A DNA stretch of 64,000 bases from Planctomycetota bacterium. Its GTDB lineage: Bacteria; Planctomycetota; UBA8108; SXIK01. Under the pieces are notes generated by a model. It saw only the letters and a list, made by a program, of their open reading frames with translations, did not search any database and was not told where the DNA came from. This document shows positions 48,978 through 58,204 of this stretch, one piece after another. Location of the stretch: contig OZ244999.1 in assembly GCA_965223265.1 (NCBI GenBank), positions 5,472,001-5,536,000 on the forward strand, given 5' to 3'. Numbering within the stretch: the stretch's first letter is position 1; the number at the start of each line of letters is the position of its first letter. Position numbers and translations under genes: made by a program.

Positions 48978-49646
48978 TCACGCCCAGGCTGCGGAGGTTG
49001 CCAAGTCGGGGAAGATCGATCGGCCGAAGAGGGAACGGAACACCTGGTCGATCGAGAGAGCTCGAAGTGCCGCGACGAGAGTGTCCCGCCGTGATTCGCT
49101 TCGGTACTTGGCTGGACGGACGGCGAAGACCTTGCGGAAGATGTCGGACCTCGCCGAGCGCTCTCGGATGAGGCGGAGAGCCTCCAGGAGCGTGGCGTTG
49201 AGAGAGCGAAAGAACGAAAGCCAACGATGAAGTGTTGAGTGCGCGAGGCTGCGCTCGTCGATCGCTCCCCTGTCGTCACCCTCGTGGAAGACGGGCATGT
49301 GTTCGACCTTGACGGCTTCGCGATACGAAAGCTCGTCGATCTGGAGGTAGCGCCGAGCGTGATCGAAAACGCAGTCGCGAACGTAGCGTTTCCCCGGCAG
49401 CGCGAAGGGCGGGTAGAGCGTGAAGGAGCGCTTACACAGAGGACACTTCCAGCGACTCAGAAGCGACAGGACAGGTTCGACCAGACGCCTGACGATAACG
49501 AGGAACACGCGCTCTCGGTGACCGCGGTAGCGGAACCGATCTGGCTCCCCGCTGCAATTCGGGCAGCGGTTACAGGTCGGCTGGATCTCACGGCGGCGAA
49601 CAGCTTCGCCATAGCTCTGTATCGCGTTGACCAAATGGGGTAGCAT
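48978..49646 (-). CDS. zinc-ribbon + HTH protein (DUF6431-like), first gene of the transposon
   Basis: CPNC...RWKCPLCKRSFT.YP.F..P.KRY and AHSTLHRW. Confidence 0.75.
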   Translation of the reverse strand: MLPHLVNAIQSYGEAVRRREIQPTCNRCPNCSGEPDRFRYRGHRERVFLVIVRRLVEPVLSLLSRWKCPLCKRSFTLYPPFALPGKRYVRDCVFDHARRYLQIDELSYREAVKVEHMPVFHEGDDRGAIDERSLAHSTLHRWLSFFRSLNATLLEALRLIRERSARSDIFRKVFAVRPAKYRSESRRDTLVAALRALSIDQVFRSLFGRSIFPDLATSAAWA

Positions 49647-49903
49647 CGCTCTCTCCGTACGGGGACTTGCGGAGAGAAGTGCACCAACACCGGTCTCTCC
49701 GCTCCCCTCTTTACTCGAGGTGAGGCGAGGAGTCGAGCGAAGGTCCAGGGCGCAGCGTCGAACGGGGGGCGCGGGGTAGGCGGGGTATGATCGGACGGTC
49801 GGTTCGGCGGGGTATGCCGGGGCGTTTCCGGGTCAGTGAATCTGAGACTCGTCGCTGCTCACGAGCCAGAGTTTGTGGGACTCAGCAAATAAGGGAGCTC
49901 ACG

Positions 49904-50365
49904 ATGACAATGTTCCAGATCCTCGTGAACCTATGGCCTGTGCATCTGCTCGTGCTGGCTTGGTTTACCGGCCGGATGCTCGAGCGCCATCACTACCAAA
50001 GTATTCAGGACCGCGAGATGGAGTCGGCGGAACGGCCCGCGACATCGATGCGATCGCTGCCGCTGGAGCGGTGTGCAGGGACGACCGATCTGGCTGTGGG
50101 CTCAGTGGTCATTTCCGTCGATCACTTCAAGCGTTTCCTCGGCTCTTGGCGCAAGATCTTCGGCGGCGAACTTCGGGCGCATGTTTCGGTGATCGATCGC
50201 GGCCGGCGCGAGGCGATCCTCAGGATGAAGGAATCTCACCCCGACGCAGACATGTTCATCAACCTGCGGCTTTACACGTCGTCGATCGTCAACCGGCGTC
50301 AGAACGCCAGTTCGGCTGTTGAGGTCGTCGCGGTCGCGACGGCGATTCGTTTCGAGCGATCGTGA
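49904..50365 (+). CDS. YbjQ-related protein with N-terminal membrane anchor
   Basis: G...ERHHY.SI..RE, GSVVISVD.FKRF....R.IFGG and DRGRREAILRMKE; GGGAG RBS. Confidence 0.85.
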   Translation: MTMFQILVNLWPVHLLVLAWFTGRMLERHHYQSIQDREMESAERPATSMRSLPLERCAGTTDLAVGSVVISVDHFKRFLGSWRKIFGGELRAHVSVIDRGRREAILRMKESHPDADMFINLRLYTSSIVNRRQNASSAVEVVAVATAIRFERS

Positions 50366-50807
50366 TCCTGCCCTCTTCCGTCCCACCCCAGGGTCGTCCC
50401 TCCGCGTCGTCCGCTCCCAGGGTTGTCAGCCGAGCAGCCGAGCCGAAGCGGATAGCCGATCGCCGATCGCCGATCGTCGGTTCCCCAGGATTCGCTCGCG
50501 GCTCGCGCTTTCGCCTTTCATCAAGCGTTTCCCTTGTCAGGATCCCGTCGCAGCGGCCCAGCTAGTCAGTCGACCTAATGCGCCTATACAGAGTGCCCTT
50601 AGTTTGTTCTGTTTCGAAGGTTGCGACGGCATCTGCGTCGCTTCCGCTACACTGTCCGAATCCGGACGTCCGATTTTGACATCCGACCACCGACGACCGA
50701 AAGGGTTTCGTCGCGGCAGGCAGGAAGCACGCACGATGAGAACGACTTACGCACAATTCTGCGCGTACCGCAGTTCGTGGAACGCGGTTTGCCCAGAAGT
50801 GCCGCTG

Positions 50808-51719
50808 ATGACAGCCCCACGACAAGTTATCCCCGGAACTACTTACATGGTCACGAGACGCTGCTCACAGCGTCAATTCCTCCTTCGCCCTTCGAAAGAG
50901 GTGAACCAAGTCTTTCTTTATCTTCTCGCCTACTCCTCAAACCGCTTTTCCGTGGACGTCCATGCATACTGTGTTCTGAGCAATCACTACCACTTGATCG
51001 TTACAGACCGCCTCGGCAATCTGCCGGCGTTCATGCAACTCTTGAATTGTCTAGTTGCACGAGCCTTAAACGCTTACTATCGACGCTCGGAAAATATGTG
51101 GTCCCCTGGCTCTTACAACGCGGTAGCGCTCGTGGGAGAAGAAGACGTGATCGACAAGCTCATTTATGTCCTATCCAATCCGGTTGAAGCAGGTTTGGTC
51201 TCGCATGGTGAGCATTGGCCCGGGCTTCGTTCGTCGCCGCGCGACTTCGGAAGCCATCGTGCGGTAGAACAACCGTCCTTCTTTTTTCAACCCGACGGCG
51301 ACGCGCCTGATAGGGCAATCCTGAGTATTTCTTCGCCGCCGCGCCACGAGGGTTCCTCAGAAGACGAATTCATGAATTCGATTGAGGAAAAGCTCGACGC
51401 GAGGGAAGCCGAACTCCGAATTCGACAAACACGAAAGGGAAGAGAATTCCTCGGAGCCAAATCTGTCCTGAAGCAAAGCATCCAGACGCAAGCACGGAGT
51501 ACAGACGCCGGTTCTCGGAGAAAACAAATAGTTCCTCGGTTCGCCTGTCGAGAAAAGCAGAAGCGCGTCGAAGCGCTTGCCAGATATCGGCAATTTCTTA
51601 GAGAGTACCGCGACGCGCTCAGAGATTTCTGCGGAGGTCTACGGAACGTTGTATTTCCATACGGAACGTACTGGATGCGCGTTCAATTTGCGGTCCAATG
51701 CGCGTCGATGCCGCCGTAG
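50808..51719 (+). CDS. Y1/HUH tyrosine transposase (RAYT/TnpA-REP-like) with C-terminal extension
   Basis: PG.TY.VTRRC..R.FLL, AYCVLSNHYHL (HUH), catalytic Y in YVLSNPV.AGLV and FPYGTY tail; visibly more AT-rich than its neighbours. Confidence 0.88.
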   Translation: MTAPRQVIPGTTYMVTRRCSQRQFLLRPSKEVNQVFLYLLAYSSNRFSVDVHAYCVLSNHYHLIVTDRLGNLPAFMQLLNCLVARALNAYYRRSENMWSPGSYNAVALVGEEDVIDKLIYVLSNPVEAGLVSHGEHWPGLRSSPRDFGSHRAVEQPSFFFQPDGDAPDRAILSISSPPRHEGSSEDEFMNSIEEKLDAREAELRIRQTRKGREFLGAKSVLKQSIQTQARSTDAGSRRKQIVPRFACREKQKRVEALARYRQFLREYRDALRDFCGGLRNVVFPYGTYWMRVQFAVQCASMPP

Positions 51720-51890
51720 AAATACAGCGTCATCAGCTAAGAGCTTGGCGACTGTGGGAGAAGAGGAGAGACGATATGGCTCTAAGTCCCCAAAATCGCT
51801 TTAAACGACCGCTACGGGTCTCAGTTTCAGCGCCGGAACTGTCAATCGGAGAGAGTTGATCGGTCTTCGGCCGTCTTTGTGAAAGAAAAG

Positions 51891-52289
51891 AACCTCGGAC
51901 TCTCCTCGAACGAGAACTGGGGACCGATTAACCCTCGGACGGGCGACGGGCGAGACGGGCGACGGGCGGACGGGCGACGCGACGGGCGACGGGCGACGGG
52001 CGACGGGCGACGGGCGGGACGGGCGGGACGGGCGGCGGGTTCCGGCAAGGAAACCTCGGACCGGTTGGCGTGGGCGGACGGGCGGACGGGCGACGGGCGG
52101 GGAAACCTCGGACGGGTTCGGGCGACGCGGACCGGTTGGCGTGGGCGGCGGGGAGAACCTCGGGCGCTTTCGGGTTCCGGCGGGTTCCGGCGAGGAAACC
52201 TCGGACCGGTTGGCGTGGACCGGTTGGCGTGGGCGGACGGGCGACGGGGACGGGCGACGCGACGGGCGACGGGCGGGGAAACCTCGGAC
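51891..52289 (+). repeat. array of seven AACCTCGGAC-type motifs interspersed with (GGGCGAC)n and GGACCGGTTGGCGTGG units
   Basis: Motif starts at 51891, 51930, 52052, 52104, 52156, 52197 and 52280, all in the same orientation. Confidence 0.85.
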
Positions 52290-52317
52290 GGGTTCGGGAG
52301 GGAGGATTCTCTGGTGC

Positions 52318-53619
52318 TCAGGCACTCGGCGGGCTTCCCGGCGCGAAAGGCCAGCTGCTCGCACCGTAGGCGAAATCGAGCGCCTTCGTCTCAACGAGCT
52401 TGCCACCCTCGGAGAGACTCCGCATCAGCGCGTCGAGGACGCACGTCGTCACGACTGTCCGCTCGACCGGGTAGGCGGGCACTCCGGTGTGAACCATCGA
52501 GACGATCGCGCGCAGCAGCCACTCGAAATGCCCCCACGGAGGTCTCTCCTCAACGGCGAACCTTGTCGTGCGCGGCGCCGCCTCGCCCTTCACCCGCGCC
52601 GCGAACGTCCGCGCGGCGACGCCATTGAGCATGGCCACACTCGCCTTCAACCCGTCTCGATAGTCGATCAAATAGAACGTGCTCTTCGAGATAAGCTTGC
52701 TCAAGGTCGACGCGGGTGGCTTCGACAACGCCCCGAGCGCGGACTTGAAAAGCTCGTGCGACCAATACCCGTCTCGCTCAGCGCGGCGAATCTCGTCGCC
52801 CCGCACCGCGCGCACCGCTCGAACACCGGTCTCACCTCCCCGGCGACGTTCAACCATGCACTGGAGGCCTTCCAACGCGTGAAAACCATACGACTCAAGC
52901 CCTCCGTGACCGAGGAACATCGCGCCGTCAAGCTCACACTCCAGCGGCAACTCCAACGCTGGCACACGCCACGCCACGGGCACGGAAGATCCAGCCATCA
53001 ACGGCATCTTTAGTTCACGGGCGGTGCGGTACATCTCGAGCGCCTCATCGCTTCGATGCGACAGGTGTTTGTCACTGAAGACAGGAACTACGCGCCCGCC
53101 ACGCTTCAATGCCGCAACGATCGCGTCGAAGAATCGCTTGCGGGGATACATGTGCTGATGGGTCTTCGGGTGATGCGGATAGTCGCCATGTTCGCCAATC
53201 GAGAGAACCCCGTCGACAACGACCCGATCGCCACCGAGGGTCACCGCTTCGTCGATCGTCCGCGCCAGACGAACGCCATGCTTTTTCGCCAGCTCACGAC
53301 TCATATCGTTCTCGGGCACCTGATCGACGAAGAGCGATACGAGCCGTAGCGCAGGTCCCGGACCGCCGTCCTGGCGATATCCCTCGAGAATCTTGCCGAG
53401 AATTACATCCGCATGCGAATGGCGCCGATACACGGTCGTCACTCCAGCGACAGGAAGCGGCTTCGCGGGCGCAGACTCCTCCGCTGCAAGGAGCCGTGCC
53501 ATAGCGCCAGCCACCGTGCCGCACGTCACCGTGCCGCACGTCACCGCGCGCAGGAACTCACGCCGGTGAAACCTACGGTCTTGCGGCGCGAACCTCACCG
53601 GCTCAAGGACTCTACACAC
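52318..53619 (-). CDS. Tat-exported Gfo/Idh/MocA-like oxidoreductase-fold protein
   Basis: HRREFL signal; VDGVL.IGEHG.YP, PVF.DKHL, MAGSS and ESYGFH.LE. Confidence 0.75.
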   Translation of the reverse strand: MCRVLEPVRFAPQDRRFHRREFLRAVTCGTVTCGTVAGAMARLLAAEESAPAKPLPVAGVTTVYRRHSHADVILGKILEGYRQDGGPGPALRLVSLFVDQVPENDMSRELAKKHGVRLARTIDEAVTLGGDRVVVDGVLSIGEHGDYPHHPKTHQHMYPRKRFFDAIVAALKRGGRVVPVFSDKHLSHRSDEALEMYRTARELKMPLMAGSSVPVAWRVPALELPLECELDGAMFLGHGGLESYGFHALEGLQCMVERRRGGETGVRAVRAVRGDEIRRAERDGYWSHELFKSALGALSKPPASTLSKLISKSTFYLIDYRDGLKASVAMLNGVAARTFAARVKGEAAPRTTRFAVEERPPWGHFEWLLRAIVSMVHTGVPAYPVERTVVTTCVLDALMRSLSEGGKLVETKALDFAYGASSWPFAPGSPPSA

Positions 53620-53627
53620 TCACCGCC

Positions 53628-55061
53628 TCACGTGAGAATGTCGTGAAGCACGCGACCGTAAACGTCGGTCAGGCGAAAGTCGCGGCCACCATGACGATAG
53701 GTCAAACGCTCGTGATCGAGCCCCAGCAGATGCAAAATCGTGGCGTGAACGTCGTGGAAAGTCACGACGTTCTCAGTCGCCTCCATCCCATACTCGTCGG
53801 TTGCTCCGTAGGCAACGCCGCCTCGCACTCCACCTCCGGCCATCCAGAGGCTGAATCCGTTCGGGTGATGATCACGACCGTCGGTGCCTCCTGAATGCGG
53901 CGTCCGACCAAACTCTCCCGACCACAGGACGACTGTCTCGTCGAGGAGACCTCGCGCCTTCAAGTCTCTCAAGAGCGCAGCGATCGCCTCATCGACAATC
54001 GCCGCATTGCCCTCATGGCCTTTACGAAGATTGCCATGTTGGTCCCAAGTGCCGTTCGTCTGATAGACCATCGGGCACGTGACTTCGACGAACCGAACTC
54101 CGGCCTCCACCAACCGGCGCGCGCGTAGGCACTGCATACCGTAGCGACGCTTGTTGACATCGGTCGCTTCGAGACCGTAGAGCCGCCGTGTCGCACGGCT
54201 TTCGCGCTGTAAATCGAGAACATCCGGAACGAGCGACTGCATGCGATAGGCGAGTTCGTAGTTCGTGATCGCCGACTCAATCGCGTCCGCGCCACCCTGC
54301 TCCGCCGCAAAGGCGCTGTCCTGCCGTCGCAGAAAGGCCAGCTTTGCGCGCTGGACGCGTGGGTCGACATCAGCGGGCGCCAGGTTGTCGATCGGCACAC
54401 CTTGAGTCCGCACGAGGGTCGCCTGGTGACTCGCTGGCAGGAACCCACTGGAAAAATTATCCAGACCGCTCGGCAAGCTGAGTCCGTTGTGCAGCACCAC
54501 ATAGCCAGGAAGATTCTGGTTCTCGCTCCCAAGCCCGTAGCTCACCCATGATCCCAGGCTCGGTCGTCCGGCCAAACTCAGGCCGGTATGAGCTAGCAGA
54601 TTACCGCGCGAGTGAAGTGGAAACTCAGCCTGCATTGATCGAACGACGGCCAAGTCATCGATGCAGCTTCCAATGAACGGAAAGAGATCACTCACCGGCA
54701 AGCCGCATCGGCCTCGACGATGGAACTTCCACGGGCTTCCGAGCCACTTGCGGATGCCGGCACGGTTCGCGTTCTGCTTTTTCGTGACCCTGATCTTCTC
54801 GCCGTGATCTCGAAACAAGTGCGGCTTCGGATCAAACGAGTCAACGTGCGACACGCCCCCGTCCATGAACAAGAAGATGACGCTCCTGGCACGAGGACGA
54901 AAGTGAGGGCGTTTCTGCACCGCGCTAAAAGAACGGTCTGCCATGAGCGCCGAAAGCGCCAGCAGCCCGAACCCGTTGCCCGTCTGGCGGAGGAGTTCGC
55001 GACGTGAGGGCCAAACTCGATCGAGAGCGCCAGGCAACGATCTCTCCGTGACGACGTTCAT
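53628..55061 (-). CDS. DUF1501 family protein (Tat-exported)
   Basis: SRRELL, FMDGGVSHVDSFDPKP, PSLGSW.SYGLG, ARRLVEAGVRF, GEFGRTP and GRDHH. Confidence 0.93.
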   Translation of the reverse strand: MNVVTERSLPGALDRVWPSRRELLRQTGNGFGLLALSALMADRSFSAVQKRPHFRPRARSVIFLFMDGGVSHVDSFDPKPHLFRDHGEKIRVTKKQNANRAGIRKWLGSPWKFHRRGRCGLPVSDLFPFIGSCIDDLAVVRSMQAEFPLHSRGNLLAHTGLSLAGRPSLGSWVSYGLGSENQNLPGYVVLHNGLSLPSGLDNFSSGFLPASHQATLVRTQGVPIDNLAPADVDPRVQRAKLAFLRRQDSAFAAEQGGADAIESAITNYELAYRMQSLVPDVLDLQRESRATRRLYGLEATDVNKRRYGMQCLRARRLVEAGVRFVEVTCPMVYQTNGTWDQHGNLRKGHEGNAAIVDEAIAALLRDLKARGLLDETVVLWSGEFGRTPHSGGTDGRDHHPNGFSLWMAGGGVRGGVAYGATDEYGMEATENVVTFHDVHATILHLLGLDHERLTYRHGGRDFRLTDVYGRVLHDILT

Positions 55062-55386
55062 TCCAGCGTTCTGCGCCTCGCGACTCAAAGATGCTGCGGT
55101 GACCAATGCTTGCGACGAACGGCAAGCTGAAGGCCCGAAGTCCGCTGCCGGTTCAATCTTCGTCGGCCAGCGATGCACTCGGAACAGCGCTCGAAACCAC
55201 ACAGCGAGCACGAGCCGACGAATTCGCGGCCTGCGTCTAGCGTGCGGTCCAAGCAAAGCGCCTTGCCGCCAGCGGGTCATAGTTTAACGCAGCCCGCCGG
55301 CGGATTTGAACCAAATCTTGTCGCACAGAGGGCCAACTCGACGGCAAATCCTGCCGCCGAATGACTCTTCCACGGCTAGCCGCGAC

Positions 55387-56694
55387 TCATGTCGTGGTGT
55401 CGGAGAAATAGCCACGCCAAGCAATATCGATCGTCGACTCAGTCAACACCGGCTCTCTCTCGTGGAAACGGCAGACGTCGACGACCCGTTCGAGAAGATC
55501 GCGCGGATCGCAGCAGCGCATCGGGCGACGCTCGGCCTTGTAGCGTGTCACGAGCGCGGCGAGAAGCCCTGTTGGGATCTCGAGGTCGAGGCGCTTCGCG
55601 TAACGCTCAAAGATTTCGATGAATCGTCCGTCGTTGGGCGTATCAAGATGTGCGCGGTATCCCATACGGCGGAGGAACGCAGAATCGGCAACCTGGCGCG
55701 GTTCAAGATTCGTCGCAACCACAAGAAGCGGTCGAAACGGCACCTGAATCTGCTGCCCAGTCCGAAGAGTCAGATGGTCGACGCCGTACTCCAGCGGCAC
55801 GATCCATCGGTTGAGTAGATCCTTTGCCGCGACGCGCTGACGACCGAGATCGTCGATGAGAAAGAGACCGCCGTTCGCCTTGACGTGGAGCGGCGCCTCG
55901 TAAACCCCAGTCTTGGCGTGGAACGAAAGATCCAGCGTCTCCATCGTCAGCTCGCCACCGACGACGACGAGCGGCCGCCGAATCCGCACCCATCTCTTGT
56001 CTTGACTCCAAAGCATCTCAGAGTCGTCATCGACGAGCTCATGGCAAAGCGGGTCGTAGAGTCTGACGATACTCTTGTCGACCGCGAGACAACGTGGAAT
56101 CCACAGGTCGCCTGGTAGACAGCTGTGCAGAAGACGTCCCAGCGTCGTCTTGCCACTGCCCGGCGGCCCGAAGAGGAATAAGCTGCGGCCGGACGATACG
56201 GCAAGTCCAGCAACGCGAACAACGTTTTCTTCGACGACGAGTTGATTGCAGACCGAAGCGACCTCTCGCGGCTTCAGTTCTGGGAATGACTGAATTTGAG
56301 CCTCAAGTTGTTCGTGGTAGAGCTCGAGCGGCACAGGAGCCGCACCGACGTAGCTGCAAACCTCCATGGCTCTTGCCGCCTCAGCACGACCGCGCCCAGA
56401 GGCGGTGTAGCGATGCGTGAACGGAGACTCCTCGCCGAGAATCTCCAGAAACGCCTCGTCGACGAGCTCGTGTAAAAGATCTTCAACGATCTGAACCGGC
56501 AGGTGGAGCCGCTCGGCAGCCCACTCCGTCGTGAAACTATACGTTGTACTCGAAAGTTTGAGCACAAGTTCATTGAGGAGGGAACGGTCAAGACCGGTGT
56601 CTTCCACTTTGGCCGGTGCTTGCGGAGTGAAACTTGGCCTTGAAGACGACTCGGGAGCTTCGTTGAGCGGTAGTGGTTGGGTGTTGGTGATCAT
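55387..56694 (-). CDS. AAA+ ATPase co-transcribed with tadG
   Basis: N-terminal wHTH-like region; Walker A GPPGSGKT, APLH.KANGG, Walker B LIDDLGRQ and ATNL...D.AFLRR. Confidence 0.85.
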   Translation of the reverse strand: MITNTQPLPLNEAPESSSRPSFTPQAPAKVEDTGLDRSLLNELVLKLSSTTYSFTTEWAAERLHLPVQIVEDLLHELVDEAFLEILGEESPFTHRYTASGRGRAEAARAMEVCSYVGAAPVPLELYHEQLEAQIQSFPELKPREVASVCNQLVVEENVVRVAGLAVSSGRSLFLFGPPGSGKTTLGRLLHSCLPGDLWIPRCLAVDKSIVRLYDPLCHELVDDDSEMLWSQDKRWVRIRRPLVVVGGELTMETLDLSFHAKTGVYEAPLHVKANGGLFLIDDLGRQRVAAKDLLNRWIVPLEYGVDHLTLRTGQQIQVPFRPLLVVATNLEPRQVADSAFLRRMGYRAHLDTPNDGRFIEIFERYAKRLDLEIPTGLLAALVTRYKAERRPMRCCDPRDLLERVVDVCRFHEREPVLTESTIDIAWRGYFSDTTT

Positions 56695-56842
56695 CACTGC
56701 CTCTTGTGGCGGGAGGTTGCAGGGGTTGCCTTCACGGGAGCGAAGGAACTGGCGTAACGAGGAAGGAAGAAGGGAAGGAAGGAGGGGAAGAAGCTGCCGA
56801 CGGCGACGACACAGTCTCGCCGCCGTCGGTAGGTGTAGAAGT

Positions 56843-58204
56843 CTATTCGACCAGGAAGACGATGCGCGGCTGCACGCCGAACTGACCTTCATAGTTGATA
56901 TTCAATTCACCGTCGCCATGGGCGAAGATCGTATCAGCGATCAAGCCGTTGGCGAAGTTGTCGCTCGTCCCACCGATCTCGAGCTCAGCGGCCGGGAAGT
57001 AGAGCGTTCCCGTGATACTGAAATTTGCAGTGCCGAGAATCCGCGAATCGTTGGTGTTATCGCGAGCCTGGAAAATCGGCACACCGACGTACGGAAAGAG
57101 TGGATCGCCGGAGACGGTCGGGTCAGCAACCGTAGCCGCGTCGATGCGGATCTCGCCGTTACCGCGGATGTCGACGTTGCCGGAGCCGACGATGTAAAAG
57201 AGCACGCCATCCTGAGCGAGAAGGTTGCCGCCGTTGACGTCGAGCCCTTCCCCGTCGAGGATATACACACCGCGGCCCACCGTGAGAGTGCCGTTTTCGA
57301 CACGAAAGCCGCCGCTGTAATAGCCAGGGATGTTCACCTCGACTGCAGCGCCGCCGTTGACTAAGACGGTTCCCAGGTCATTGGCGGGGTCGTAAGGCGG
57401 ATCCGGGAGTCCCGCAAGCGGATCAGGAATGGGAGCCAACGGGCTTTCTTCGACAAGCGTACCGTCAAAGTTGACCTGATCGTCGAAGTTGCGATCAGTT
57501 CCTCCCTCGAGGTGGAGCTCATCAGCCGAAACCGTCGGCTGGCCAGAATGGCAAGCGGCATCCGGATGGGTAGAGTTGACGTAGATCGCTCCGTCATTGA
57601 CGATGATCTCTCCGGTCGTGCCGCGGACATCGAAGGAACACGAGACCGTCGGGTTGAGCGCGATCACGCCAGCACCGACGCCGCCGATCAGCATGGCGAT
57701 CGCATCCCTCTGAACGCTGACTTCGGTCACACCTGCAAGTGAACCGAAAAAGAGCGGCACCGCGCCGTTGGGCGACGCAGCGGTTCGCCGCGCATTCACT
57801 TGTACAGCGTTGATCGGGTCGAGCTGCGGCGTGAACGTACCGTCGGAGCGATCAAACTGCCCCACCACGACGTCTCCACCCGCCGCATTGGCGTCGTTGC
57901 GCTCTAGCGTGATCGAAACGTTGGTCGAAGTGTTGGCCAAGCCGATCGCAGTCGCTTGGTCGCGTGCCGCGCTCACCGTGTTGCGGATCTCGTGGACGCC
58001 AGCCAACGCTGAAGCGTCAGCGCAGTTCTGCAGCTGGTGCGCGGCGTAGTAACACCACGCGGTGTCGATCGTCAAACCGACAACCGAAATCATGAGACCG
58101 ATCGTCATCACGGTCCAGATCAACGTCGCACCGCGACAGCGTCGCTCGCCGGACGCGTGCGAGTGAGTAACCGAATTGAGAAAAACTGAACGCAACATGG
58201 GCAT
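56843..58204 (-). CDS. tadG: TadG-like Flp pilus tip/adhesin protein
   Basis: RG|ATLIW + TM, GL.ID......HQLQN.ADA.ALAG, NAV.V..RR and VPLFFG; C-terminal beta-helix GTLYFP. Confidence 0.8.
   Translation of the reverse strand: MPMLRSVFLNSVTHSHASGERRCRGATLIWTVMTIGLMISVVGLTIDTAWCYYAAHQLQNCADASALAGVHEIRNTVSAARDQATAIGLANTSTNVSITLERNDANAAGGDVVVGQFDRSDGTFTPQLDPINAVQVNARRTAASPNGAVPLFFGSLAGVTEVSVQRDAIAMLIGGVGAGVIALNPTVSCSFDVRGTTGEIIVNDGAIYVNSTHPDAACHSGQPTVSADELHLEGGTDRNFDDQVNFDGTLVEESPLAPIPDPLAGLPDPPYDPANDLGTVLVNGGAAVEVNIPGYYSGGFRVENGTLTVGRGVYILDGEGLDVNGGNLLAQDGVLFYIVGSGNVDIRGNGEIRIDAATVADPTVSGDPLFPYVGVPIFQARDNTNDSRILGTANFSITGTLYFPAAELEIGGTSDNFANGLIADTIFAHGDGELNINYEGQFGVQPRIVFLVE

Larger units (their letters stand above)
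45823..49887 (-). mobile_element. 4065-bp DDE/AAA transposon with TG...CA ends, 23-bp imperfect TIRs and 6-bp AATAAG target duplication
   Basis: aataag|TGCTAAGTCCCACAGTATCTGGC ... GCCAGAGTTTGTGGGACTCAGCA|aataag (19/23); second internal end-repeats at 45851-45868 and 49832-49849. Confidence 0.93.

Noticed and set aside
45823-49887. Tn7/CAST or prophage assignment
   Set aside because: No recognisable tnsA, tniQ, cas or phage structural genes; the duplication is 6 bp, not 5 bp
51891-52289. Possible CRISPR array
   Set aside because: The repeat is only about 10-12 bp, spacing is irregular, the spacers are themselves repetitive, and no cas genes are present
53513-53548. 15-bp duplication encoding VTCGT-VTCGT
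   Set aside because: In-frame micro-duplication within a signal peptide; no evidence of wider significance
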